In this document: piece after piece, positions 31,046 through 41,803 of the stretch | Numbering within the stretch: position 1 is the stretch's first letter | Layout of the letters: each line of letters opens with the position of its first letter | Assembly: GCA_963663035.1 (NCBI GenBank) | Contig: OY760074.1 | Coordinates: 480,001 to 544,000 of the forward strand | Origin: Acidobacteriota bacterium | GTDB lineage: Bacteria; Acidobacteriota; UBA6911; RPQK01; JADFOI01 | Direction: 5' to 3' | DNA: 64,000 bases | The notes under the pieces: generated by a model | Databases searched by the model: none | Told to the model about the DNA's origin: nothing | Seen by the model: only the letters and a program-made list of their open reading frames with translations | Position numbers and translations under genes: made by a program

Positions 31046-32181
31046 AGACACTGGAAGACATGAACACAATGGAAGAATCGACCATTCTCGACGCCAAGGT
31101 CCTGGAACTCAATATGGGTCCTCAGCACCCGTCTACTCACGGTGTGCTTCGAGTGAAGTTAAAGTTGGATGGTGAACGGGTGATGGATGCGGAGTGCATC
31201 ATCGGTTATTTGCACCGGGGTGTGGAGAAGATCAGCGAGAATCGGTCTTACATCAAGTGCGTTCCCTATTACGACAGGACGGACTACATTGCGGCCGTTT
31301 CCAACGTCTACGGTTTCCTCCTGGGCGTGGAAAAAATGATGCAGATCGAGGTGCCAAAACGTGCCCAATGTATCCGCATCATGATGACGGAGTTTTGCCG
31401 CATCTCGAGCCACCTGCTCTGGTTGGCCACCCATGCCATTGATATCGGGGCCATGACGGTTTTTCTGTATTGTTTTCGGGAGCGGGAGGAAATTCTCAAA
31501 TTGTTCGAGGCTCTCTTCGGTGCCCGACTGACCACTCATGCCTTTCGAGTGGGCGGCCTGTGGAAGGACTTGCCTGCAGGATTTGAGGAGGCAGCGCGCA
31601 AATTTATCGATGAGTTCTCCGACCGAGTAGATGAGTACGAACAGTTGCTCACCAAGAACCGAATCTGGCTGGGTCGGACCAAGGGGATCGGTGTGATTTC
31701 TGGTGAAGAAGCTATCCAATGGGGATTGACCGGTCCTGTCCTGCGTGGTTCAGGGGTGGACTACGATCTCCGCAAGGCTCGTCCTTATGGAGGATACGAA
31801 GAGTTCGACTTCGACGTCCCGCTGGGTGAAAACGGAGACACCTACGATCGATATCTGGTGCGGCTGGAGGAGATGCGCCAGAGCCGGCGAATCATTCAGC
31901 AGGCACTGGATAATCTGCCGGAAGGACCTATTCGCGGGAAGGCACCCAAGATTGTCAAACCGCCTGTGGGCGAGTACTACTCTGGTATTGATGGTCCCCG
32001 CGGGGAGTTGGGCTATTACATTGTCAGCGATGGCTCGGCTCAGCCCTTCCGGGTGAGGATCCGTCCTCCCACCTTTCTCAGTCTGCAAGCCTTGCGCCGC
32101 TTGGTGAAGGGGCATCTGTTTGCCGACGTGGTTGCCATAATCGGCACATTGGACATCGTTTTGGGTGAGGTCGACCGATGA
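31042..32181 (+). CDS. nuoD: NADH-quinone oxidoreductase subunit D
   Basis: [27 protein letters not shown]. Confidence 0.97.
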   Translation: MKTLEDMNTMEESTILDAKVLELNMGPQHPSTHGVLRVKLKLDGERVMDAECIIGYLHRGVEKISENRSYIKCVPYYDRTDYIAAVSNVYGFLLGVEKMMQIEVPKRAQCIRIMMTEFCRISSHLLWLATHAIDIGAMTVFLYCFREREEILKLFEALFGARLTTHAFRVGGLWKDLPAGFEEAARKFIDEFSDRVDEYEQLLTKNRIWLGRTKGIGVISGEEAIQWGLTGPVLRGSGVDYDLRKARPYGGYEEFDFDVPLGENGDTYDRYLVRLEEMRQSRRIIQQALDNLPEGPIRGKAPKIVKPPVGEYYSGIDGPRGELGYYIVSDGSAQPFRVRIRPPTFLSLQALRRLVKGHLFADVVAIIGTLDIVLGEVDR

Positions 32182-33278
32182 TCGAGATCTTACTTATTTA
32201 TTTCCTCATACCATTGGTGAAGATTTCCGTTATCGTGTTGATCCTTTCCGGGGCAATCGCTTACTTGACACTGCTGGAACGCAAGTTGATTGCTCATATG
32301 CAGGTCCGTCTTGGACCCATGAGGGTGGGATGGCACGGTCTCCTTCAGCCCATTGCCGATGGTTTGAAGTTTCTTCTCAAAGAGGACATCGTTCCCGCCA
32401 AAGCCGACGCTTTGATTTTCACCATCGCACCGGCGATTTCCTTGATCCCCGCCTTCCTGGTTTTTGCAGTAGTGCCATTCGGGCCTCCTGAGATGTTTCA
32501 GGGGCTGCTTCGTTGGACCCTGAGCTGGGTCCTGGACGCTGCTACCACAGAAAGAGTGGTGCAAAATGCCCTTGCTTCCGGGGGATACGTGACTGACATC
32601 AACATCGCTGTCTTGTTTGTCTTGTCGGTTTCCTCGGTCGGCATTCTGGGGATCATTCTGGGAGGATGGGCATCCAACAGCAAATATCCTCTGTTGGGGG
32701 CGCTGAGATCCTCCGCTCAGATGGTCAGTTACGAGGTGGCCCTTGGATTTTCCATCATTGGAGTTCTTTTGCTGGCAGGTTCTCTCAGCTTGGTCGAGAT
32801 TGTTCAAGCTCAGCAGGAAGCGCACCTTTGGTATTTCTTTGTCCAGCCCCTGGCCTTTGTGATCTTTTTTATCTGTGGGCTGGCGGAAACCAATCGTCTT
32901 CCCTTCGATTTTGCTGAGGCCGAAACCGAGCTGGTAGGGGGCTTTCACACCGAGTACAGTGGATTTCGATTCTCACTTTTCTTCCTGGCAGAGTACGCCA
33001 ATATGATTACCGTTTCTGCCATAGGAGTGACACTTTTTTTGGGGGGGTGGCTGCGGCCCTTTCCGAGCTTCGAGTGGCTGTCGTTCCTGGATTTCATCCC
33101 AGGCGTGATATGGTTCCTGGCCAAAGTATTTCTATGGCTTTATGTTTTCATTTGGATACGGGGAACTTTACCCCGTTTCCGGTTTGACCAACTGATGCAA
33201 TATGGTTGGAAAGTCTTTTTGCCCCTGGCACTGGGCAATGTCATTGTGTCAGCAGGCGTCTTGCTTGCGTTTTTGTGA
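32178..33278 (+). CDS. nuoH: NADH-quinone oxidoreductase subunit H
   Basis: [26 protein letters not shown]. Confidence 0.97.
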   Translation: MIEILLIYFLIPLVKISVIVLILSGAIAYLTLLERKLIAHMQVRLGPMRVGWHGLLQPIADGLKFLLKEDIVPAKADALIFTIAPAISLIPAFLVFAVVPFGPPEMFQGLLRWTLSWVLDAATTERVVQNALASGGYVTDINIAVLFVLSVSSVGILGIILGGWASNSKYPLLGALRSSAQMVSYEVALGFSIIGVLLLAGSLSLVEIVQAQQEAHLWYFFVQPLAFVIFFICGLAETNRLPFDFAEAETELVGGFHTEYSGFRFSLFFLAEYANMITVSAIGVTLFLGGWLRPFPSFEWLSFLDFIPGVIWFLAKVFLWLYVFIWIRGTLPRFRFDQLMQYGWKVFLPLALGNVIVSAGVLLAFL

Positions 33279-33287
33279 GAGTGAACA

Positions 33288-33752
33288 ATGGTTGACTTTT
33301 TGAGACGCATTTTTCTCATCGATATTTTAAAGGGTCTAGCCCTGACTTTCCGTTACACCTACCGGAAGGTTTACACGGAGCAGTATCCGCTGGAAAAACC
33401 GAAACTCGCGGAAAGGTATAAGGGAGCACCCCGTCTGAACAACGATCCCGTGACGGGAGAGACCCTGTGTATTGCTTGCGATCTGTGTGCCGAGATTTGT
33501 CCAGAAGATCTCATCGTTGTGGGTTCACAGCGCGATCCTGAAAGCCGGAAAAAAGTCCTCACCCATTACACATTCGATACCTCGCGTTGCCTCTTTTGCG
33601 GGTTGTGCCAGGAAGTCTGCCCGACCAACGCCATAGAGTTGACCCAGGACTTTGAATTGGCTAGCTATTCCCGAAGTAACATGGTCTGGGATCGGGCGCA
33701 GTTGGAAAAGGGATGGGATCGGATCGTGTTCGGAAAGGATTACCACAAATGA
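33288..33752 (+). CDS. nuoI: NADH-quinone oxidoreductase subunit I
   Basis: Two CxxCxxCxxxCP 4Fe-4S motifs. Confidence 0.96.
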   Translation: MVDFLRRIFLIDILKGLALTFRYTYRKVYTEQYPLEKPKLAERYKGAPRLNNDPVTGETLCIACDLCAEICPEDLIVVGSQRDPESRKKVLTHYTFDTSRCLFCGLCQEVCPTNAIELTQDFELASYSRSNMVWDRAQLEKGWDRIVFGKDYHK

Positions 33753-33778
33753 AGGCTGACACCTGACACCGCTTTACC

Positions 33779-34291
33779 ATGGAAGCTACTCTCTTCTACA
33801 TACTGGCCACAATCTTGGTGGTTTTTTCTATTCTCACGGTAACTGCAGGGAACCCGGTGCGCAGTGCGGTTTATCTGATTTCCGCTCTGCTGGGAATGGC
33901 GGGACTCTTCTTTCTTCTGAAAGCCGAATTCGTTGGAGCTGTTCAGATTCTCGTCTATGTGGGTGGGATCATGGTGCTGTTCCTCTTTGTGATCATGTTG
34001 GTCAGTGTTCGGGAGGTGGAGACTCAAAGGAAAGCTAATCGCCAGTGGAAAACGGCTGTGGCCTTGGGGATTGTGCTGTCCTTCGAGCTGCTCTTTTTTG
34101 TAGTGCGAGGCTCTGCTGTCTTTCACACCGGAACGGTCAGTCAGGGATTGGTTGAACAGCCTCAGACTTACAATACGGAGTCGGTCGGTGCTCTGCTCTA
34201 CAGCACCTATCTCCTGCCCTTTGAAATAGCTTCCGTGTTATTGCTGGTTGTCATGGTTGGAGCTGTTGTTTTGACGAGGAAGCAGATATAG
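33779..34291 (+). CDS. nuoJ: NADH-quinone oxidoreductase subunit J
   Basis: QILVYVGGIMVLFLFVIML, PFEIAS. Confidence 0.96.
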   Translation: MEATLFYILATILVVFSILTVTAGNPVRSAVYLISALLGMAGLFFLLKAEFVGAVQILVYVGGIMVLFLFVIMLVSVREVETQRKANRQWKTAVALGIVLSFELLFFVVRGSAVFHTGTVSQGLVEQPQTYNTESVGALLYSTYLLPFEIASVLLLVVMVGAVVLTRKQI

Positions 34292-34306
34292 CCCGGATTA
34301 TGCATA
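34292..34306 (+). mobile_element. solo family B / IS1380-type TIR right after the nuoJ TAG
   Basis: atag|cccggattatgcata. Confidence 0.7.
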
Positions 34307-34332
34307 GTCCTTGCTGCTGAAAGGATTCAAAT

Positions 34333-34635
34333 ATGGTGGATACTTCACACTATCTGGTTCTCAGCACCATTGTTTTTACGATTGGAGTCATAGGAGTTCT
34401 CACGCGCCGAAATGTCATCATCATCCTGATGTCGATTGAACTGATGCTCAACTCGGTCAACTTGAACCTGGTTGCTTTCTCCGACAGACTTCAGGATCTC
34501 TCGGGCCAGGTCTTTGCTGTTTTTGTCATCACCGTGGCAGCAGCGGAGGCGGCCATTGGTCTGGGCATCGTGATTGCTCTGTTTAGCAACAAGGAGACGG
34601 TGAATGTGGACGAGATTGACCTCCTGAGAGGATAG
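34333..34635 (+). CDS. nuoK: NADH-quinone oxidoreductase subunit K
   Basis: [18 protein letters not shown]. Confidence 0.96.
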   Translation: MVDTSHYLVLSTIVFTIGVIGVLTRRNVIIILMSIELMLNSVNLNLVAFSDRLQDLSGQVFAVFVITVAAAEAAIGLGIVIALFSNKETVNVDEIDLLRG

Positions 34636-34638
34636 CCC

Positions 34639-36732
34639 ATGCTGAACACTCTCTGGCTCATTCCCCTGTCTCCACTCATCGGCTTTTTTCTCAATGGTCT
34701 GTTCGGACTGTGGAAGGTCTCCAGAACCGGAAGCGGTCCTAAAAAGTTCTACGTTTACTGCGTTGCCTGTGGGAGTATCCTGATCTCTCTGCTCCTTTCT
34801 GTGGGCTGTTTCTGGGCACTGGTCCAACTCGACCCGGAGCATCGACTGGTGGAACAGGAGCTGTTTACCTGGATCAGCGGCCCGGCGGTGCTCACTGCTG
34901 CAGGTGAACTGGCCAACTTCCACATCACCTGGGGACTCCAGCTGGATCCGCTCTCTGCCGTAATGATCCTGGTGGTCACGGGAGTGGGCTTTCTGATTCA
35001 TGTTTATGCCATTGGCTACATGGCGGAGGAGGAGGGTTTCTATCGTTTTTTCGCTTACATGAACCTCTTCATGTTCATGATGCTGACCCTGGTTCTCGCC
35101 AGCAATTACCTGGTCATGTTTGTGGGGTGGGAAGGGGTGGGTCTCTGCTCGTATTTGTTAATTGGCTACTACATCCACAAAAAGAGTGCCGGCGACGCGG
35201 CCAAAAAGGCCTTTGTGGTCAACCGAATAGGAGATTTTGCCTTCATCATTGGGATGCTGATGATGTTTACCTATTTTGGCACGTTGGACTTCACTGAACT
35301 GTTTCACGGAGTAGGGGAGATGTTTCCCACTCCGGAATCAACCTGGGGCCCGCTGAGCTGGATCGCCTTGCTGCTGTTCATTGGTGCCACTGGGAAGAGT
35401 GCCCAGATTCCACTCTTTGTGTGGTTGCCTGACGCCATGGAGGGACCCACACCGGTGAGTGCCCTCATCCATGCGGCGACGATGGTAACGGCCGGAGTCT
35501 ATATGGTGGCCCGCTCGAGCGCCATTTACAGTCGTGCCCCCGACGTGCTTTTGATCGTGGCTGTAGTGGGTATCTGTACAGCCTTGCTGGCAGCCTCCAT
35601 TGCTCTTTTCCAGCACGACATCAAGAGAGTGCTGGCCTACTCGACAGTCAGTCAGCTGGGCTATATGTTCGCCGCCCTGGGAGTGGGAGCTGCAGCCGCT
35701 GGGATCTTTCACCTGATGACCCATGCTTTCTTCAAGGCACTGCTCTTCTTGGGATCAGGAAGCGTCATCGTGGCTCTTCATCATGAGCAGGATATGAGGA
35801 AGATGGGCGGTTTGAGGAAGTACCTCCCCAGGACCTGGTGGACCATGGGGATTGCTTCCCTGGCCATCGCGGGTGTACCCGGTCTGTCCGGCTTTTTTTC
35901 CAAGGATGAAATTTTGTGGCGGGCTTTCAGTAACCCTCAGGGGCACCTCCTGATCTGGTTGGTGGGAGTCCTGGTGGCAGGGATGACCGCCTTTTACATG
36001 ATGCGCCTCATGTTTCTCACCTTCCACGGGGAGGAGAGGATCTCGCCGGAAGTGGCAAGCCATGTTCATGAATCCCCAAATGTGATGACTGTGCCCTTGA
36101 TTGCCCTGGCCATCGGATCTGTGCTGGTGGGATACCTGGGTCTACCTGCCTGGTTGGGACCCAATGCCTTTGAGCACTTTCTGGAGCCCGCCTTCGAAAC
36201 CAGTTATCAGTCGGCGGGTGAACCAGCTGCCTCCGGACATTCCACCGAGATACTCTTAACCTTCGTTTCGATTACCCTGGCTGGAATCGGAATCTTTCTG
36301 GCCTATCATTTCTTCCTGAAATGCAAGGAGAAACCGGCCCAGTGGCGGGAGCGATTCAGTGGCCTTCACCAGCTCATCTACAACAAATACTATGTGGATG
36401 AGGCCTACGATCTCTTGTTCGTCAGTGGAGGGAAAGGCTGGGGTCGGTTTTTGGGAGCGAAGAATTGGGGTCGACATTTTTCAGCCTTCGACAACAACGT
36501 GGTGGACGGAGCTGTCAATGGCAGTGCCACCATTACGCACATCTCAGCTTGGCTCTCGGGTCAGGCTGACATTCACATTGTGGATCGCATCGTCAACTTG
36601 GTGGCCAAAGTGTTTGAGTTGTGCAGTACCGTCTTAGGGAAGCTTCAAACCGGGCTGGTGCAGCGATATGCCCTGTTCTTTGTGATCGGGATTATCCTGG
36701 TGATCAGCCTCTATCTCTACATGGGAGTGTAG
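34639..36732 (+). CDS. nuoL: NADH-quinone oxidoreductase subunit L (extended transverse helix)
   Basis: GWEGVG, WLPDAMEGPTPVSALIHAATMV, THAFFKALLFL. Confidence 0.97.
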   Translation: MLNTLWLIPLSPLIGFFLNGLFGLWKVSRTGSGPKKFYVYCVACGSILISLLLSVGCFWALVQLDPEHRLVEQELFTWISGPAVLTAAGELANFHITWGLQLDPLSAVMILVVTGVGFLIHVYAIGYMAEEEGFYRFFAYMNLFMFMMLTLVLASNYLVMFVGWEGVGLCSYLLIGYYIHKKSAGDAAKKAFVVNRIGDFAFIIGMLMMFTYFGTLDFTELFHGVGEMFPTPESTWGPLSWIALLLFIGATGKSAQIPLFVWLPDAMEGPTPVSALIHAATMVTAGVYMVARSSAIYSRAPDVLLIVAVVGICTALLAASIALFQHDIKRVLAYSTVSQLGYMFAALGVGAAAAGIFHLMTHAFFKALLFLGSGSVIVALHHEQDMRKMGGLRKYLPRTWWTMGIASLAIAGVPGLSGFFSKDEILWRAFSNPQGHLLIWLVGVLVAGMTAFYMMRLMFLTFHGEERISPEVASHVHESPNVMTVPLIALAIGSVLVGYLGLPAWLGPNAFEHFLEPAFETSYQSAGEPAASGHSTEILLTFVSITLAGIGIFLAYHFFLKCKEKPAQWRERFSGLHQLIYNKYYVDEAYDLLFVSGGKGWGRFLGAKNWGRHFSAFDNNVVDGAVNGSATITHISAWLSGQADIHIVDRIVNLVAKVFELCSTVLGKLQTGLVQRYALFFVIGIILVISLYLYMGV

Positions 36733-36735
36733 TCG

Positions 36736-38295
36736 ATGAGTTTTTTTATGGAGAACATTCTCACCATCGTGTGTTTTTTCCCGCTCGTTGGAGTGGTGCT
36801 CATTGTACTGTGGCCGAAAGGAGAGGGCCAGGACGATTCGATTAAATGGATTGCCAATATCGTTTCCTTCATCGGCTTTCTCATCTCTCTTCCGCTCATT
36901 ACCCAGTTTAATAATCCCGGTCACATTCAAGAGGCCACCGGCATGAGATTTGTGATCCGGGCGGACTGGATCGATGCCATCGGCGCCCAGTACCACTTTG
37001 GTATCGATGGGATCAGTATGCTGCTGATTCTCCTGACGACGCTTCTAGGTTTTATTTCGATTCTTTCCTCCTGGTCGGCGATTACGGAGCGGGTCAGGGA
37101 ATACTATTGCTACTTTCTCCTGCTTCAAGTGGGGATGTTAGGTGTCTTCATGGCACTGGACTTCTTTCTTTTCTATGTCTTCTGGGAAGTCATGCTGGTG
37201 CCCATGTACTTCATTATCGGGGTGTGGGGAGGACCTCGCAAGCTCTATGCGGCCATTAAATTCTTCCTCTACACATTAGCCGGCTCGGTCCTTTTGCTCC
37301 TGGGTATTCTGGCCCTCTACTTCTATCAGCACAGCGTGACGGGAGTTTGGTCCTTTGACATCCTGGCCCTGCAGCAGCTGGACATTCCTCTGGAATTGCA
37401 GGGGTGGATTTTCCTGGCCCTTTTCCTGGGTTTTGCCATTAAGGTCCCCATGTTCCCTTTCCATACCTGGCTTCCTGATGCTCACGTGGAGGCGCCCACT
37501 GCCGGGTCCGTCATTTTGGCCGCCATTTTGTTGAAGATGGGGACCTACGGGTTTGTCCGCCTCAGCCTGCCCATTCTTCCTGAGGCGTCGATGGCATTCC
37601 TCTATCCCCTCTTGATTTTATGTGTCATCGGCATTATCTACGGTGCCCTGGTGGCCATGATGCAAAAGGATATGAAAAAGCTGGTGGCTTACTCTTCGGT
37701 CAGCCACCTGGGCTTTTGCATGTTGGGAGTATTTGTTGCCACCCCGGTGGCTCTGGAAGGCGGAATCCTGCAGATGATTAACCACGGAATCTCCACAGGG
37801 GCTCTCTTCTTGATTGTGGGCGTCCTTTACGAGAGGCGTCACACCCGGATGATTGCCGACTTTGGAGGGCTCTCCCAGATCATGCCGGTTTACGCCACCG
37901 TTTTTTTGATCATGACCCTTTCTTCGATTGGCATGCCCGCACTCAACGGGTTCATCGGGGAGTTCATGATCCTGCAAGGAGTGTTCGCGGACCCCACCTA
38001 CAGGCTCTGGGCGGTTTTCGGGGCGGTGGGTATTGTCCTGGGTGCGGCCTACATGTTGTGGCTTTATCAGCGTGTGATGTTCGGCCCGCTGGATAACCCG
38101 GAGAACCAAAATCTCCCAGATTTGAACTGGCGGGAACTGGCGACCTTTGTGCCTTTGATCATTCTGGCCTTCTGGATCGGGCTCTACCCGAAAACCTTTC
38201 TGGATTATCTCCATGATCCGGTCAATCAGATCGTTGAAAGAGTGCACCCAGGCGAGTTTGGCCCTCTTCCTGTTCAGGTGGCGGTGAGGGAGTAA
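36736..38295 (+). CDS. nuoM: NADH-quinone oxidoreductase subunit M
   Basis: FWEVML, HTWLPDAHVEAPT, LKMGTYG. Confidence 0.97.
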   Translation: MSFFMENILTIVCFFPLVGVVLIVLWPKGEGQDDSIKWIANIVSFIGFLISLPLITQFNNPGHIQEATGMRFVIRADWIDAIGAQYHFGIDGISMLLILLTTLLGFISILSSWSAITERVREYYCYFLLLQVGMLGVFMALDFFLFYVFWEVMLVPMYFIIGVWGGPRKLYAAIKFFLYTLAGSVLLLLGILALYFYQHSVTGVWSFDILALQQLDIPLELQGWIFLALFLGFAIKVPMFPFHTWLPDAHVEAPTAGSVILAAILLKMGTYGFVRLSLPILPEASMAFLYPLLILCVIGIIYGALVAMMQKDMKKLVAYSSVSHLGFCMLGVFVATPVALEGGILQMINHGISTGALFLIVGVLYERRHTRMIADFGGLSQIMPVYATVFLIMTLSSIGMPALNGFIGEFMILQGVFADPTYRLWAVFGAVGIVLGAAYMLWLYQRVMFGPLDNPENQNLPDLNWRELATFVPLIILAFWIGLYPKTFLDYLHDPVNQIVERVHPGEFGPLPVQVAVRE

Positions 38296-38298
38296 TGA

Positions 38299-39789
38299 AT
38301 GCCTGAGATTCCGATATTGGAGAACCTTGTGGGGTCCTTCCAGGCCATTGGACCCCAAATCCATCTCATTCTCTGGGCTCTGGGAATCTTGTGCCTTGAC
38401 TTCCTGACTCCACCAGGCAAGAAGGGCTTCGGTGCAGTTCTTGCTTTGAGCGGACTGTTGATAGCTTCTGCCCAGCTGTATTCGTCTTGGGATGTCGGAC
38501 CAGTTTCTGCCTTTTACGACATGCTCGCGCTCGACTCCTTTGCCCTTTACTTCGATTTACTTTTTCTTGTGGCCGCTTTTCTGGTTGTGTTGATGTCGTA
38601 CAAGTACCTGGAGGTTGAAGATGAACAGCAAATGGAGTACTACGCGCTCATTCTCTTCGCCACCGCTGGGATGATGTTCATGGCCGGCGCCATTGATCTG
38701 GTGAGCCTTTTTATCAGTCTGGAGCTGATGTCCATTTCCACCTATGTCCTGGTCGGCTTTCTGAGAAACCGAAAGAGATCCAATGAAGCCTCACTGAAGT
38801 ACTTCCTCCTGGGAGCTTTCTCTACCGGAATCATACTGTACGGGATGTCACTGCTTTACGGACTGGGCGGTAGTACAAACCTGCATGAGATCGCACGGCA
38901 GGTCTCCCAATTGGAGAACAACACCCTACTGACGCTTTCTCTCTTCATGATCATGGCGGGTTTGTGCTTTAAGATTGCCGCCGTTCCGTTTCACATGTGG
39001 GTTCCCGATACCTACGAGGGAGCCCCTACTTCCATTACCGCCTTTATGTCGGTGGCGGTGAAAGCGGCGGCTTTTGCCATCTTTTTCCGAATCTTTTTCG
39101 TAGCCTTTGGCGATCTGCGTGAAGTTTTTATATTTCCTCTGGCTCTCATTGCCATGGTTACAATCACCTGGGGAAATGTGGCCGCTCTGAGCCAACAGAA
39201 TGTCAAGAGGTTGTTGGCATACTCCAGTATTTCTCACGCTGGTTTTGTCCTGATGGGACTGGTGGCTGGCACCGAGCGCGGAGTCACCGCCTCGGCGCTC
39301 TATCTGTTGGCTTATACCTTCATGAATTTAGGTATCTGGGCGGGAGTGATCTTGCTGCGGCGCAAAGATATCCCTGGGGAGAGAGTGGAAGACTTTGACG
39401 GCCTCTACTTCAAACACCCGGCCCTTGCCGTTCTGATGCTGGTCTTTTTCCTGTCTTTAGCAGGAATTCCTCCCTTGGCAGGATTTTTCGCCAAGTACTA
39501 TGTTTTTCTTTCAGTGCTGGAAGTTGCGTTCATTCCGGGTGAACCCCATTCCTCCCTGATGGTTTGGCTGGCAGTGGTGGCTGCTCTAAACGTGGTGGTT
39601 GCCCTGTACTATTACTTCCGCATTGTGGTGTCGATGTTCATGAAAACGGATTCTGTACCTGTTCCTTTGAGCTTTTCGAAGGGCTTGCTGGTGGTGCTGG
39701 TTATTACCGGATTCTTCACCCTTCTGATAGGGGTCTATCCCGAGCCCTTTATTAAGCTTGCCCAAGCCGTCAGCCTGCCGCTGATTTAG
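38299..39789 (+). CDS. nuoN: NADH-quinone oxidoreductase subunit N
   Basis: EASLKYF, PFHMWVPDTYEGAPT, LAYSSISHAG. Confidence 0.97.
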   Translation: MPEIPILENLVGSFQAIGPQIHLILWALGILCLDFLTPPGKKGFGAVLALSGLLIASAQLYSSWDVGPVSAFYDMLALDSFALYFDLLFLVAAFLVVLMSYKYLEVEDEQQMEYYALILFATAGMMFMAGAIDLVSLFISLELMSISTYVLVGFLRNRKRSNEASLKYFLLGAFSTGIILYGMSLLYGLGGSTNLHEIARQVSQLENNTLLTLSLFMIMAGLCFKIAAVPFHMWVPDTYEGAPTSITAFMSVAVKAAAFAIFFRIFFVAFGDLREVFIFPLALIAMVTITWGNVAALSQQNVKRLLAYSSISHAGFVLMGLVAGTERGVTASALYLLAYTFMNLGIWAGVILLRRKDIPGERVEDFDGLYFKHPALAVLMLVFFLSLAGIPPLAGFFAKYYVFLSVLEVAFIPGEPHSSLMVWLAVVAALNVVVALYYYFRIVVSMFMKTDSVPVPLSFSKGLLVVLVITGFFTLLIGVYPEPFIKLAQAVSLPLI

Positions 39790-39964
39790 CCTGGATTATG
39801 CATAAATTCTCTACTGCAGCGACGAAATCATCCGCCCTGACTGCGTTGCGCGACCCGCTAGCGGGTACCCCTCGCGCGCCAGTCGGAGCCGCAGGCTAAA
39901 GCCCACGGCTCTGTTTTCCGGCGCTTGTCGTCGCTTCGTGACAAGAACCTATGGATAACCCAGG
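39790..39964 (+). mobile_element. MITE family B copy (175 bp) inserted at the nuoN TAG
   Basis: ttag|cctggattatgcataa ... tatggataacccagg|ctag; internal deletions relative to 44900-45154. Confidence 0.88.
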
Positions 39965-39980
39965 CTAGGAGGCAGGAGAA

Positions 39981-40223
39981 ATGGCCGGTCAGCGTGATCA
40001 TTTTCTGGCAAAATCCTTTGAGTATTTGCAAGAAAATGTCCGCCGGTCGGGACCGGCCGCAGCAGCCAGTTATACCTTGGTGGGAGCTGTGCTATTGTTG
40101 GGTGCGGGTGGTTACCTGATTGACCAGTGGCGTGATACCGACCCCTGGTTTTTGCTGGGAGGATTGATGTTGGGTCTAGTGGTTGGTTTTTACGAAATTG
40201 CGAAAGCGATCTGGAAGCGATGA
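39981..40223 (+). CDS. AtpZ/AtpI-family small membrane protein
   Basis: Two TMs, GYLIDQW...PW...G pattern; upstream of atpB. Confidence 0.85.
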   Translation: MAGQRDHFLAKSFEYLQENVRRSGPAAAASYTLVGAVLLLGAGGYLIDQWRDTDPWFLLGGLMLGLVVGFYEIAKAIWKR

Positions 40224-40573
40224 ACATCCTTTGGTACATCCTTGTGTTGTGTGTCGGCTCCTGGGGACTTGTCTCCTGGATGGTGCCTGAATCGGTGGTG
40301 GAGATTTTCCTGGGCATGCTGATCCCTTTGCTGTTGGGAATTGGGACCATCGTGCTGGTGAAAAGAACCTATCAAAGGGACGCCAGGAGACTCACTGCGC
40401 TGCTGACAAAAGCCTTTGTGGGCAAGATGCTGCTCTACGGAGTTTATGTGGCCGTGATTGTCGGCTTTTTTTCGTTCCAGCCAGTGCCCTTTGCGATCAG
40501 TTTTACCGTTTACTTTACGGGCCTTCATCTAGCTGAAGCGCTCTATTTGAAGACTCTGTTCGAAGGTAGATAA
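40220..40573 (+). CDS. ATP synthase I-chain-like membrane protein
   Basis: Four hydrophobic segments; position between atpZ-like gene and atpB. Confidence 0.65.
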   Translation: MNILWYILVLCVGSWGLVSWMVPESVVEIFLGMLIPLLLGIGTIVLVKRTYQRDARRLTALLTKAFVGKMLLYGVYVAVIVGFFSFQPVPFAISFTVYFTGLHLAEALYLKTLFEGR

Positions 40574-40594
40574 AAGAGCGGTGAGGAAGACATC

Positions 40595-41509
40595 ATGATC
40601 CCAGCTCAAGAGACTGGATCCGAAGGATTCGATGCTGGAGAAGTGATCATTGAGCACGTTTCAAACAGCCCACTTGATCATCCCATTATTGAATTGCCAA
40701 CCCTATTGGGCATCAACTTCTCCGTGACCAAGCATGTCTTGATGCTGTGGATCGTGGCGGCTCTTTTATTTGTGGTCATTACCTGGTCTACCCGGAAATA
40801 TCTGAAGCAGGATCGTCCAGTGCCTTCCGGATTCATGAATGCCCTGGAGGCAGTGGTCCAGTTCATTCGGGATTCGATTGTTCTCCCCAATGTGGGAGAG
40901 AGGTTCTTGAATACCTGGACCCCCCTGGTTCTGACCTTCTTTTTCTTCATTGTGACGGCAAATGCCTTCGGCCTGATTCCGTTGTTTGAAGTGGTTGGTG
41001 CTGTTGATCGCTTTGTTTTACATACCGACCACGAGTCCATCATCAATCGAGTGCTTCACGGTGGGGCGACCGCCACCGGGAATTACAATGTGACCGCTGG
41101 TCTGGCCACCATCACCTTTCTGGCTATCATTGTGGCTGGAACGAAAGCCCACGGTTTCCTCAAGCACTGGAAAAATCTGGCACCTTCTGGTTTAGCCTGG
41201 CCAGTCTATTTTATTCTGATTCCTATTGAAGTCATGGGGATGCTGGTCAAGCCCTTTGCCCTGACCATGCGGTTGGCGGCCAACATGACGGGGGGCCATA
41301 TAGCTATCATGGCGATCCTCTCCTTTGTGTTCATTTTCGGTGAGATGTTTCAGAGTGCTCTGGTTGGTATCGGTGTGGGCCTTCTGGTGTCGGTCCCACT
41401 GGCGGTGGGCATTTCCGCTTTGGAAATCATTATTGTGTTGGTGCAGGCCTATGTCTTCACCCTGCTGACGGCCGTGTTCATTGGCATGGCAATCAATGTT
41501 CATCACTAA
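40595..41509 (+). CDS. atpB: F0F1 ATP synthase subunit a
   Basis: ALTMRLAANMTGGH with the essential Arg; VQAYVFTLL. Confidence 0.96.
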   Translation: MIPAQETGSEGFDAGEVIIEHVSNSPLDHPIIELPTLLGINFSVTKHVLMLWIVAALLFVVITWSTRKYLKQDRPVPSGFMNALEAVVQFIRDSIVLPNVGERFLNTWTPLVLTFFFFIVTANAFGLIPLFEVVGAVDRFVLHTDHESIINRVLHGGATATGNYNVTAGLATITFLAIIVAGTKAHGFLKHWKNLAPSGLAWPVYFILIPIEVMGMLVKPFALTMRLAANMTGGHIAIMAILSFVFIFGEMFQSALVGIGVGLLVSVPLAVGISALEIIIVLVQAYVFTLLTAVFIGMAINVHH

Positions 41510-41532
41510 TCGTACGAAACGGAGGTACCGAT

Positions 41533-41757
41533 ATGGAAGTTCTACATTACTTTGGTGCGGCAATTGGTCTTGGGTTGATTGTGATTGGCGCTGGTCTGGG
41601 AATTGGTAGATTCACCGCCGCTGCGGCCGAGAGCATTGCCCGTCAGCCGGCAGCAGCTGACAAGATAACAGCCGCCATCAATTTGCCGCTCTTCCTGCTT
41701 GAAGGGGTGGCAATTCTGGCGGAGGTGTTCGTGCTCCTGGTTGTGTTTATGAGATGA
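41533..41757 (+). CDS. atpE: F0F1 ATP synthase subunit c
   Basis: GAGLGIG, ARQP loop, ion-binding Glu (LLEG). Confidence 0.94.
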   Translation: MEVLHYFGAAIGLGLIVIGAGLGIGRFTAAAAESIARQPAAADKITAAINLPLFLLEGVAILAEVFVLLVVFMR

Positions 41758-41803
41758 AACTAGTCAACTCCATGGATCAGTAAGCCTTTGAAGGGAGTTT
41801 GTC

